From: Crocosphaera subtropica ATCC 51142
GTDB taxonomy: Bacteria > Cyanobacteriota > Cyanobacteriia > Cyanobacteriales > Microcystaceae
DNA: 32,000 nucleotides
Direction of reading: 5' to 3'
Assembly: GCF_000017845.1 (NCBI RefSeq)
Contig: NC_010546.1
Location: forward strand, 4,020,001 to 4,052,000
The position numbers and the translations under genes are program-made. Under the pieces are notes generated by a model that worked only from the letters and a program-made list of their open reading frames with translations, made no database searches and had not been told where the DNA came from. The first letter of the stretch is position 1. Every line of letters starts with the position of its first letter. This document shows positions 20,550-28,547 of this stretch, in pieces.

Positions 20550-21167
20550 ATGAATCAAACTCCTAACAATTCTCCTTTTGTGGCGACTGAGATGGGAACC
20601 GATTATACTGCCTATCATCATCACAATAGAAGTCACTGGCAACCCAAAGAGACATCAGAACCTTCATTTTACTATTTTGCCTATGGATCGTGTATGTGTC
20701 CAGTGGACTTAAAGCGAACCTTTGGGGAAAACACCCATGACTATGTGGTAGGAACCGCAGTATTAGAAGGCTATCGTTTAGGGTTTTATCGTCGTTCTTT
20801 GCGCCGTAATTGTGGGGCTTTAGATGTTGTACCCGATGCCAATGCTAAAGTAGAAGGGGTACTGTATCAGTTACCTTGGCGGTTTAGCGATCGCCTTGAT
20901 GAACGGGAAGAAGTTCCTCGCAATGGTTATCGTCGTGAATATGTGACCATTCACAGTCAAGGACAGGTTTATACTAATGTGAGAACCTATGTTGTCATCG
21001 ATAAATTACCCCAAGAATTAGCCCCCAATGATTGGTATTTGAATGTAGTATTACGGGGTGCTGTTACCTGTGGACTTTCTGAAGAATATTGCTGGAATTT
21101 GTTCAATCATATGTATCAATTACAGTTACAACAAAAGTCCTTAATTGCTGTAGATGAGTGTGCATAA
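20550..21167 (+). CDS. gamma-glutamylcyclotransferase (GGCT/AIG2-like) family protein
   Basis: 205 aa. YYFAYGSCM, GYRLGF, VEGVLYQL and ERE..P..GYRRE form the typical GGCT-fold motifs. Confidence 0.7.
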   Translation: MNQTPNNSPFVATEMGTDYTAYHHHNRSHWQPKETSEPSFYYFAYGSCMCPVDLKRTFGENTHDYVVGTAVLEGYRLGFYRRSLRRNCGALDVVPDANAKVEGVLYQLPWRFSDRLDEREEVPRNGYRREYVTIHSQGQVYTNVRTYVVIDKLPQELAPNDWYLNVVLRGAVTCGLSEEYCWNLFNHMYQLQLQQKSLIAVDECA

Positions 21168-21206
21168 AATTTGAGATGATGAGATAAAATAAAAGTATCT
21201 GTGGCG

Positions 21207-21494
21207 ATGGAGAGCAATTTTGAGTGGGATGAAAGCAAAAACCAAGCAAATTTAGAAAAACATGGCCTTTCTTTTGAATTAGCTCAATATGCTTTTTTTG
21301 ATACTCATCGTATTATTTTAGAAGACTTAGCTCATAGTGTCACAGAAAAGCGATTTTATTGTCTTAGTAAAATGAATTAAGAAATTATAGCCGTGTGTTT
21401 TACTTATCGAAACGGAAAAATTAGAATTTTTGGGGTAGGTTATTGGCGAAAAGGACGAAAATTTTATGAACAAAGAAATCATTTACACGAATGA
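21207..21494 (+). pseudogene. brnT: BrnT (DUF497) toxin gene with an in-frame TAA
   Basis: The frame reads MESNFEWDESKNQANLEKHGLSFELAQYAFFDTHRIILEDLAHSVTEKRFYCLSKMN, then TAA at 21378..21380. The same frame continues EIIAVCFTYRNGKIRIFGVGYWRKGRKFYEQRNHLHE. Both halves match the BrnT pattern (FEWDE.K...N..KHG and RIISAR-like). The 3' end overlaps the brnA start. Confidence 0.7.
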
Positions 21495-21747
21495 ACCAAT
21501 GGAATTAGGGGAAGTTGTTGAAGATTTTTTACCATCTCCTGAAAAACTAATGCCTAAGAAAAGCAAGGTAAAAGTAACTTTAGAGTTAAATGAAGAAACT
21601 ATTCGCTTTTTTAAAGCAGAAGCCAAAAAACAACAAACATCTTATCAAGAGATTATCAGTGTATTAGTTAATCAGTATGCACAAAAAAATAAAAGACATA
21701 AATTTGTTGGAAATGTTGCGATTGGTTGTTACCATTTTACGTCTTGA
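21466..21747 (+). CDS. brnA: BrnA-type antitoxin
   Basis: 93 aa. FLPSPEKLMPKKSKVKVTLELNEETIRFFKAEAKKQQTSYQEIISVLVNQYA is the typical BrnA RHH-like C-domain. Confidence 0.75.
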   Translation: MNKEIIYTNEPMELGEVVEDFLPSPEKLMPKKSKVKVTLELNEETIRFFKAEAKKQQTSYQEIISVLVNQYAQKNKRHKFVGNVAIGCYHFTS

Positions 21748-21788
21748 TTAACATTTACTTAAAATTCATATTAAAAAAAAAGAATTAA

Positions 21789-22544
21789 ATGATTACAAAA
21801 AAATCAACGTCAAAAATAGCTTTAATTACTGGTGCATCTAGCGGTATTGGAGAAGCGATTGCCCATCGTTTAGCAGAAGAAAATTATCGTTTAGTCATCT
21901 GTGCGCGTCGTCAAGAAAAATTAAATAAACTAACAGAAAGATTACAAGTAAAAAATAGTGAAGTTTTAGCCCTAAACGTTGATTTACGTCAGGAAGCAGA
22001 CATTATAACCATGTTTAACACCATTAGAGATAAATGGGGTGGGGTTGATGTATTAATAAATAATGCAGGTTTAGGACATAAAGAACCCTTAATGACAGGA
22101 GAAACAGAAGCATGGAGAGAAATGTTAGAAGTGAATGTCTTGGCCTTATGTATATGTACCCGTGAAGCCATCAAAGATATGAGCGATCGCTTTAGCGGAG
22201 GCCATATTATTCATATTAGTTCCATGTCTGGTCATCGTGTTCCTTTATATAGTGGGGTTTATGCTGCTAGTAAATACGCAGTGAGGGCGTTAACGGAAGG
22301 GTTACGACAAGAATTAAGAGAAGCCAATAAAAATATCAAGATATCCTCTATTAGTCCGGGGTTTGTCGAGACAGAGTTTGCAGAAAAATATAACAATAAT
22401 AAAGAAAAAGCAAAAGAACTTTATAGTCGTTTTCCAGTGCTACAACCCCAAGATATTGCTAACGCAGTTTACTATATTTTATCCCAACCCGACTATGTAC
22501 AAATCCATGACATTTTGTTACGTCCTACTCAACAGAAAAGTTAA
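21789..22544 (+). CDS. SDR family NAD(P)-dependent oxidoreductase
   Basis: 251 aa. It has TGASSGIGEA (TGxxxGxG), NNAG and YAASK (YxxxK). Confidence 0.9.
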   Translation: MITKKSTSKIALITGASSGIGEAIAHRLAEENYRLVICARRQEKLNKLTERLQVKNSEVLALNVDLRQEADIITMFNTIRDKWGGVDVLINNAGLGHKEPLMTGETEAWREMLEVNVLALCICTREAIKDMSDRFSGGHIIHISSMSGHRVPLYSGVYAASKYAVRALTEGLRQELREANKNIKISSISPGFVETEFAEKYNNNKEKAKELYSRFPVLQPQDIANAVYYILSQPDYVQIHDILLRPTQQKS

Positions 22545-22609
22545 ATTTTGAGGTTAATATTAATGAAAAACTAATCTGATTAAACAGCAAAACTAAACAA
22601 CAGTAAATA

Positions 22610-22952
22610 TTACAAAGTATCTAAAATATCCTGTTTACTTACCTGCTTATGAAGATAAATAGCCCTTAAAATACTATAAAATACTATTAAGTGTTCCCAC
22701 TCTCAAAGGATTACAGCAGTTTGCGACTTTATACAATACAAGAAGTTAAGGTGTGAAACCGTAGGATCAGTTTTAGTTGTACTTCAATGACTCGCAAACT
22801 GCTGTATGATTAGGAATGCTAATTCTTTGATGTTTAGGAATGTGAGTTTCTGGAATAATATGACTACATTGCTGATGAACAATAATATAATCCCATGAAC
22901 GACAAAGAACTTTTGCTAAATATGAACCCTTAAGATTTTTAGCGATTTTCAT
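22610..22952 (-). pseudogene. hicA: HicA-family toxin gene carrying a MITE insertion and a 10-bp tandem duplication
   Basis: The open part (22773..22952) reads MKIAKNLKGSYLAKVLCRSWDYIIVHQQCSHIIPETHIPKHQRISIPNH, then runs into the insert. After removing 22714..22806 the frame continues NPLRVGTLNSIL. After also removing one copy of TAAAATACTA (22667..22676 and 22677..22686) it continues RAIYLHKQVSKQDILDTL to a TAA at 22612..22610. Confidence 0.65.
22712..22806. mobile_element. 91-bp MITE with a TA target-site duplication
   Basis: TA lies at 22712..22713 and 22805..22806. The perfect terminal inverted repeats are CAGCAGTTTGCGA (22714..22726) and TCGCAAACTGCTG (22792..22804). There is no coding capacity. 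Confidence 0.65.
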
Positions 22953-23066
22953 GACATCATTAAAATTTCATTTTTAACGAGATGTAACTTAATATATCGA
23001 GGTTAGCATATTACACAATTAAGGTTTACAATGAATCATCATAGTTGTAGATTAACTGAAAAATAA

Positions 23067-23321
23067 ACTATAAGCAAAACCATTATTACCGCTTTAACTC
23101 TAACTAAAACCGATACAGGACTCGATAGTATCAATAATGGCAATAGTATCCTAAAAATAGATGGAGACTTTGGGGATACAGGGGATACAATTGACGGTTC
23201 TCTGACTTTTCAGCTATCTGGTGATGTTGTTCCCTCTGCAACCATCCCCGAACCTAGTACCCTTTTAGGTTTATTAGCCATCAGTTCTATTGGTGCATTG
23301 GTTCGTGGTCAAAAAACTTGA
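23067..23321 (+). pseudogene. C-terminal fragment of a PEP-CTERM sorting-domain protein
   Basis: An open frame without a usable start or signal peptide ends ...GDVVPSATIPEPSTLLGLLAISSIGALVRGQKT*, which shows a PEP motif, a hydrophobic helix and a basic tail. An in-frame ATG at 23031 is followed by a TAA at 23064. Confidence 0.5.
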
Positions 23322-23455
23322 GTTCGGTGTTAGGAGTTCGGAGTGCGACTACGTCGTGCTACGCAACGGAGTTAGAATTTTTTTAACGAGGGAATCAGAG
23401 TTTAAGATTTCTTGTTGGTTGTCAGTTTTCCATAGATTCTCTTCCGTCGAACTCA
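23319..23455 (+). mobile_element. ~138-bp MITE-like repeat, copy 1
   Basis: It aligns end to end with 26650..26787, with about 7 substitutions and a 1-nt T-run indel. The ends TGAGTTCG and CGAACTCA are inverted. The left end is built of 7-nt units (GAGTTCG GTGTTAG GAGTTCG GAGTGCG). Weak similarity continues a few nt further into A-rich flanks. Confidence 0.7.
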
Positions 23456-23516
23456 CGTTCAAAAAGTATAGTTTTTTTTCTCAAGATTACAGCAATAATT
23501 AATTATATATTAAGGG

Positions 23517-23540
23517 AAGGGAGGTATTTTTACCTTCCTT
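23517..23540 (+). terminator. hairpin plus T-tract upstream of the ATPase gene
   Basis: AAGGGAGGTA-tttt-TACCTTCCTT forms a 10-bp stem with one G-U pair, followed by TTATTG. Confidence 0.4.
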
Positions 23541-23728
23541 TTATTGTCATAATAGTCTTCATTTCCATTAAGTTGTAGAAACTTAATTATTAACAAGTAA
23601 TTTAAGATTATTTAAAGATTCAAGTCAAGAAAAAGAAAAACATTTTACAATTTCGTGATAAAGCGCAACACTTAAGAAAGTTAACAGTAAAATCAAGAAA
23701 AGTAGACCCATTAATTCTTATCGTTCCT

Positions 23729-26575
23729 GTGACCCGATCCTACTCTGCCCATACCTTACCCCAACAAAAACAATCTTGGCATACCTATTCGGTAGCCAAA
23801 ACCCTAGACACCCTGGGTACTAACCCCCAAACAGGTTTAGACACAGAAAGTGTTAATCAACGACAAAAACATTATGGCCCCAACGAAATAGAAGAGACGG
23901 CCGGCCGTAGTAACTGGGAAATACTGCTCGATCAGTTTACGAACATCATGTTAATTATGCTGATCGTTGTGGCTATTATTTCCGGTATTTTAGATATTGT
24001 TGAATTACGCAACAGTGGTACAGCTAGAAGTGGCGTTCCTTTTAAAGATACCATCGCCATCTTTTCCATTGTTATCTTAAATGGACTATTAGGCTATTTA
24101 CAAGAAACCCGCGCTGAAAAAGCCCTGGCTGCCTTAAAAAAGCTATCTTCTCCCCAAGTCCAAGTGATTCGAGACGGAAAACGCCAAGAAGTTGAAGCCC
24201 CCTCATTAGTGCCTGGGGATATTATTCTAATTGAAGCAGGGGATAGCCTCTGTGCTGATGGTCAGATTATAGAATGCTCTCATCTTAATATAAGAGAGTC
24301 AGCCTTAACAGGAGAAGCACACCCAGTTGACAAAACCCCTTTAAGCCAAGGGTTACAAGAAGATACGCCCATCGGTGATCGCATTAATATGGTCTTTACC
24401 GGAACCGAAGTGATCCAAGGTCGGGCAAAAGTGGTGGTGACTGGCACAGGAATGGACACAGAACTGGGTAAAATCGCCGAAATGCTTCAATCGGTGGAAA
24501 CAGAAGACACCCCCTTACAGCAACGAATGACCCAGTTAGGAAACGTTTTAGTAACAGGTTCGTTGATCTTGGTTGCAGTGGTGGTTGTCGGTGGGGTATT
24601 AAGAGCCGGCTGGGGACTCTTACAAGAATTAATCGAAATCTCCTTAAGTATGGCCGTAGCCGTAGTTCCAGAAGGGTTGCCAGCAGTGATTACGGTTACC
24701 TTAGCCCTGGGAACTCAACGCATGGTTAAGCGTCACGCCTTAATTCGTAAACTCCCGGCCGTAGAAACCTTGGGATCGGTCAACGTTATTTGTTCCGATA
24801 AAACAGGAACCCTGACCCAAAATAAGATGGTTGTTCAAGAAGTGGAAACCATCGGAGGTAACTATCAAGTGACAGGGACAGGATACGAACCCTCTGGAGA
24901 GTTTATTTGTAGTGAGGCAAAAAGTAGTATTCACTGTAGTCGGTATGGGGCATTACAAGCTTTATTGTTCACAGGGGTATTGTGTAATGATGCCCATTTG
25001 TCCCAAGAATCAGGAGACTGGATCATTATTGGTGATCCCACAGAAGGATCGTTACTGGCTTTAGGGGGAAAAGCCGGGTTACAACAGTCAAGGTTAGAAC
25101 AAGAATATGTAAGAGTGGGAGAGTTTCCTTTTTCCTCCGAACGCAAACGCATGAGTATTATTTGTCAACCGTCTCAAACCAAGGATGGCTGGCCGAGTTG
25201 GCAAACCGAACCGAATGATGATTATGTTTTATTTACCAAAGGTTCCCCAGAATTAATTTTAGAAAGATGTGACTATTATCAGCAAGGACAACGGGTTCAA
25301 CCCTTAACCCAAGAAGAGCGAGAACAGGTGTTACGGGGTAACAATGGCATGGCTAAACGGGCTTTGAGGGTGTTAGGATTTGCCTATAAACCCCTCAAAC
25401 AAATCCCTGACGCAACCGAAGCAGATGAGGCCGAACAAGGATTAATTTGGTTAGGGTTAGCAGGGATGATGGATGCACCTCGCACCGAAGTCAAAGCAGC
25501 CGTGGCAAAATGTCGGGCAGCCGGTATTCGTCCCATTATGATTACAGGGGATCATCAACTAACCGCCCAAGCGATCGCCCAACAGTTAGGAATTGTGCAA
25601 CCAGAGGATCACGTTTTGACGGGACGGGAGTTAGAAAGAATATCTCAACCCCAGTTAGAGCAAGAGGTAGAACAGGTTAGTGTGTATGCCCGTGTCTCCC
25701 CTGAACATAAATTACGCATTGTCCAAGCCCTACAAAAGCGCAACAAATTTGTGGCTATGACCGGCGACGGAGTTAATGATGCTCCAGCCCTCAAACAAGC
25801 GGATATCGGCATCGCTATGGGCATTACCGGCACGGATGTGAGCAAAGAAGCTAGTGACATGGTCTTGTTAGATGATAATTTTGCCACTATCGTTGCTGCA
25901 ACGGAAGAAGGACGGGTGGTGTATAGCAATATTCGTCACTTTATCAAGTATATTTTGGGTAGTAATGTGGGAGAAGTGATTACTATTGCTGCCGCTCCAT
26001 TGATGGGACTGTCTGGGGTTCCTTTAATCCCTCTGCAAATCCTCTGGATGAACCTCGTTACTGATGGTTTACCAGCGTTAGCGTTGGCAGTAGAACCAGC
26101 TGATCCTCATATTATGGAACGCCCTCCCTTTAGTCCCAAAGAAAGTATTTTTGCCCGTGGTTTAGGGTTTTATATTGTCCGCATTGGGATTGTTTTTTCG
26201 ATTATTACCATTGCTTTGATGTCTTGGGCATTTTATGACGCTCAACAACCGGGTAATGACCCTGACAGTTGGAAAACCATGGTCTTTACCACCCTGTGTA
26301 TTGCTCAAATGGGTCATGCGATCGCTGCTCGTTCTACCACCCGTTTAGCGATCGAAATGAATCCTTTTTCTAATCTCTATCTTTGGGGTGCAGTAATTGT
26401 TACCACCATTTTACAATTGATGTTAGTCTATGTTGCACCGTTACGAGCTTTCTTTAACACCACTGTCTTAACAGGAGAACAATTAGTGATTTGTTTACTG
26501 TTTAGTAGTTTGATGTTTGTTTGGGTGGAATTTGAGAAAATTGTCTTACGAATCTATCGTAAATTGAAAACATAG
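23729..26575 (+). CDS. P2-type cation-transporting ATPase (PacL/SERCA-like, probably Ca2+)
   Basis: 948 aa with a GTG start. It has [23 protein letters not shown] and [22 protein letters not shown], the N-terminal Cation_ATPase_N pattern (GL..E.V..R...YGPNE), and ten predicted TM segments. Confidence 0.9.
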   Translation: MTRSYSAHTLPQQKQSWHTYSVAKTLDTLGTNPQTGLDTESVNQRQKHYGPNEIEETAGRSNWEILLDQFTNIMLIMLIVVAIISGILDIVELRNSGTARSGVPFKDTIAIFSIVILNGLLGYLQETRAEKALAALKKLSSPQVQVIRDGKRQEVEAPSLVPGDIILIEAGDSLCADGQIIECSHLNIRESALTGEAHPVDKTPLSQGLQEDTPIGDRINMVFTGTEVIQGRAKVVVTGTGMDTELGKIAEMLQSVETEDTPLQQRMTQLGNVLVTGSLILVAVVVVGGVLRAGWGLLQELIEISLSMAVAVVPEGLPAVITVTLALGTQRMVKRHALIRKLPAVETLGSVNVICSDKTGTLTQNKMVVQEVETIGGNYQVTGTGYEPSGEFICSEAKSSIHCSRYGALQALLFTGVLCNDAHLSQESGDWIIIGDPTEGSLLALGGKAGLQQSRLEQEYVRVGEFPFSSERKRMSIICQPSQTKDGWPSWQTEPNDDYVLFTKGSPELILERCDYYQQGQRVQPLTQEEREQVLRGNNGMAKRALRVLGFAYKPLKQIPDATEADEAEQGLIWLGLAGMMDAPRTEVKAAVAKCRAAGIRPIMITGDHQLTAQAIAQQLGIVQPEDHVLTGRELERISQPQLEQEVEQVSVYARVSPEHKLRIVQALQKRNKFVAMTGDGVNDAPALKQADIGIAMGITGTDVSKEASDMVLLDDNFATIVAATEEGRVVYSNIRHFIKYILGSNVGEVITIAAAPLMGLSGVPLIPLQILWMNLVTDGLPALALAVEPADPHIMERPPFSPKESIFARGLGFYIVRIGIVFSIITIALMSWAFYDAQQPGNDPDSWKTMVFTTLCIAQMGHAIAARSTTRLAIEMNPFSNLYLWGAVIVTTILQLMLVYVAPLRAFFNTTVLTGEQLVICLLFSSLMFVWVEFEKIVLRIYRKLKT

Positions 26576-26649
26576 TAATTTATGGAGAATTGACCCTTAT
26601 CCATCTTTTTATAAAGATCAATGCTACTAAAACAAAGGACTTAAAAAAC

Positions 26650-26787
26650 GTGAGTTCGGTGTTAGGGGTTCGGAGTGCGACTACGTTGTGCTACGCAACG
26701 GAGTTAGAATTTTTTTAACGAGGGAATCAGGGTTTGAGACTTCTTGTTGGTTTTCAGTTTTCCATAGATTCTCTTCCGTCAAACTCA
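26650..26787 (+). mobile_element. ~138-bp MITE-like repeat, copy 2 (same orientation as copy 1)
   Basis: See copy 1. It ends 11 nt before the DUF29 ATG. Translation of the repeat creates the spurious N-terminal extension of track ORF 26688..27278 and the antisense ORF 26681..26935. Confidence 0.7.
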
Positions 26788-26798
26788 GGTTAAAAACG

Positions 26799-27278
26799 AT
26801 GACAATAAATCTATATGAAAAGGACTTTGCACAATGGTTATCAACCCAAACTGTTGCTTTAAAAAATCGTAATTGGGATGCAATTGACGTTGAACACTTG
26901 ATTGAAAATTTAGAAATGGGTGATCCTAAAAACACTTTAGAAAGTGATTTATTAATTTTAATTGCCCATTTATTAAAGCTTTATGTTCAAAGTGATGCAC
27001 CGGATTGGATGAATAAAAGTTGGTATAATTCTATTGATGAACACCGTCTAAGAATACAATCCGCTTTAGAAAAATCAGGATCATTACGTCGTTATTTACC
27101 TGATGCAGTGGAAAGGGTTTATCCTAAAGCGAGAAAATTAGCCATTAAAGAAGGAAAACGCGCGGATGGGAGAAAAGTTATTAAGCGTAAAGAATCAGAC
27201 TATCCCACTCAATTACCTAATGGATGGTTTGAGCATCTCTTAGATGAAGATTGGTATCCAATCAATAGCAAACCGTAA
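26799..27278 (+). CDS. DUF29 family protein
   Basis: MTINLYEKDFAQWLSTQTVALKNRNWDAIDVEHLIENLEMGDPKN...LLILIAHLLKL is the canonical DUF29 N-terminus. I moved the start from the track's 26688 to the ATG at 26799, because upstream codons are MITE sequence. Confidence 0.75.
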   Translation: MTINLYEKDFAQWLSTQTVALKNRNWDAIDVEHLIENLEMGDPKNTLESDLLILIAHLLKLYVQSDAPDWMNKSWYNSIDEHRLRIQSALEKSGSLRRYLPDAVERVYPKARKLAIKEGKRADGRKVIKRKESDYPTQLPNGWFEHLLDEDWYPINSKP

Positions 27279-27299
27279 GAAGATAGTATTATTTAATTC

Positions 27300-28025
27300 A
27301 TGAAATTACCAACGTTTGAAGATATTTGGCAAGATAGTTTACAATGGCAACCAACCCAAGAACAGTTAGAAAAATGGGAAATACTATATCAAGAACTGCT
27401 TTTAGTTAATCGTCAAATTAATTTGACCCGAATTACGGAACCAGAAGACTTTTGGGAAAAGCATTTATGGGACTCTCTAGCTGGTGTTATTGGGTTAGAT
27501 TTTATAAATTATGAAAATTCATTAAAAGTGATTGACATTGGTACTGGAGCAGGTTTTCCCGGTCTGCCTATTGGTATTATTTTTTCTCACTGGAAACTAA
27601 CATTATTAGATTCAACTCAGAAAAAAATAAAGGTCATTAACCTCTTTTTAGAAGCTTTAAAATTGAACAATTCTCAAACCGTTATTGGTCGGGCAGAAGA
27701 TATCGGTCATTTACCACAACATAGAGAAACCTATGATTTAGGGTTACTTCGGGCAGTAGCAGAACCTTCAGTTTGTGCTGAATATGTTTTACCTTTTCTC
27801 AAACTAGGAGGAATAGGCATCTTATATCGAGGCAATTGGCAAAAGGAAGAAGAATTAAACTTAAATAATGCCTTGCAACAATTAGGGGGAAAAATTATTT
27901 TAGTTAAACCCTTCCAAACGCCTTTAACTAAAAGTGTACGGCACTTTATTTATGTTAAAAAAATAACTAAAATTGCTGATAAGTTTCCTCGTGCTGTAGG
28001 TATTCCTAAACAACACCCTTTGTAA
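27300..28025 (+). CDS. rsmG: 16S rRNA (guanine527-N7)-methyltransferase
   Basis: 241 aa. NLT.I....FW.KHLWDSL, the SAM motif IDIGTGAGFPGLP, and RAVA match RsmG/GidB. Confidence 0.9.
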   Translation: MKLPTFEDIWQDSLQWQPTQEQLEKWEILYQELLLVNRQINLTRITEPEDFWEKHLWDSLAGVIGLDFINYENSLKVIDIGTGAGFPGLPIGIIFSHWKLTLLDSTQKKIKVINLFLEALKLNNSQTVIGRAEDIGHLPQHRETYDLGLLRAVAEPSVCAEYVLPFLKLGGIGILYRGNWQKEEELNLNNALQQLGGKIILVKPFQTPLTKSVRHFIYVKKITKIADKFPRAVGIPKQHPL

Positions 28026-28126
28026 AAACTCGTAGGCTGAGGTGCGACCCAACCATCATAGCACGGCTGTTAGGTCGCATCCGTAATAATACTCGAACTC
28101 CGAACTCCTAACCCTGAACTCAGGTA
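28026..28126 (-). repeat. heptamer-repeat-containing element related to the left end of the 138-bp MITE (inverted orientation)
   Basis: The reverse complement of 28085..28122 reads TGAGTTCAGGGTTAGGAGTTCGGAGTTCGAGT, against TGAGTTCGGTGTTAGGAGTTCGGAGTGCGACT in the MITE. The plus strand shows the units GAACTCC GAACTCC TAACCCT GAACTCA (28095..28122). The rest, with the internal stem TGCGACC...GGTCGCA, differs. Boundaries are approximate. Confidence 0.4.
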
Positions 28127-28163
28127 AACTAGCTAATTGGTATCAATTACAGGAGAGAAGATA

Positions 28164-28547
28164 ATGAACCGCCATTTAATTTCCTCAAATTCTGCTTTTG
28201 AAGAAGCCATTGGCTATTCTAGGGCTGTTGTTGATGGTAATTGGTTGTTTCTATCGGGAACAACAGGCTTTGATTATCAAACGATGACCATTTCTGAGAA
28301 TATTCTAGAGCAAGCTGAACAATGTTTTCAAAATATTGAAGCTGTTTTAATTGAGGCTGGATTTCGTTGGCAAGATGTGGTGAGAGTACGCTATATTTTA
28401 CCCAATCGAGAAGATTTTGAACCCTGTTGGCCAATCCTAAAAAAATATTTGGGATCGGTTAAACCTGCTTCGACCATGATAGTAGCAGGATTAGCTGATC
28501 TGCGGATGAAAATAGAAATAGAAGTAACTGCTTATCGGTCTACTTAA
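28164..28547 (+). CDS. RidA/YjgF/TdcF (Rid) family protein
   Basis: I prefer the ATG at 28164, which has AGGAGA 8 nt upstream, over the track TTG at 28137. FEEAIGYSRAVVDGNWLFLSGTTG and KIEIEVTA match the Rid-family fold pattern. Confidence 0.8.
   Translation: MNRHLISSNSAFEEAIGYSRAVVDGNWLFLSGTTGFDYQTMTISENILEQAEQCFQNIEAVLIEAGFRWQDVVRVRYILPNREDFEPCWPILKKYLGSVKPASTMIVAGLADLRMKIEIEVTAYRST

Noticed and set aside
21989-22551. ORFs 21989..22174 (-) and 22363..22551 (+)
   Set aside because: Both are alternative or antisense frames inside the SDR gene, which has clear TGxxxGxG, NNAG and YxxxK motifs.
23290-23502. 70-aa ORF, its paralogous stretch at 26688..26798, and the antisense ORF 26681..26935
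   Set aside because: The shared peptide (LRNGVRIFLTRES.F..SCW.SVFHRFSSV.L) is simply the translated 138-bp MITE. The two copies differ by substitutions and an indel without regard to frame, and the real DUF29 start is the ATG at 26799.
24740-25929. ORFs 24740..24934 (-), 24931..25152 (-), 25447..25680 (+) and 25645..25929 (-)
   Set aside because: They are shadow frames inside the P-type ATPase gene, in a locally GC-richer region where long spurious ORFs are expected.
23319-26787. Calling the MITE-flanked ATPase unit a bona fide composite transposon
   Set aside because: There is no transposase gene and no recognisable target-site duplication around the unit. The repeats are direct, not inverted. 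It is reported only as a finding to test.
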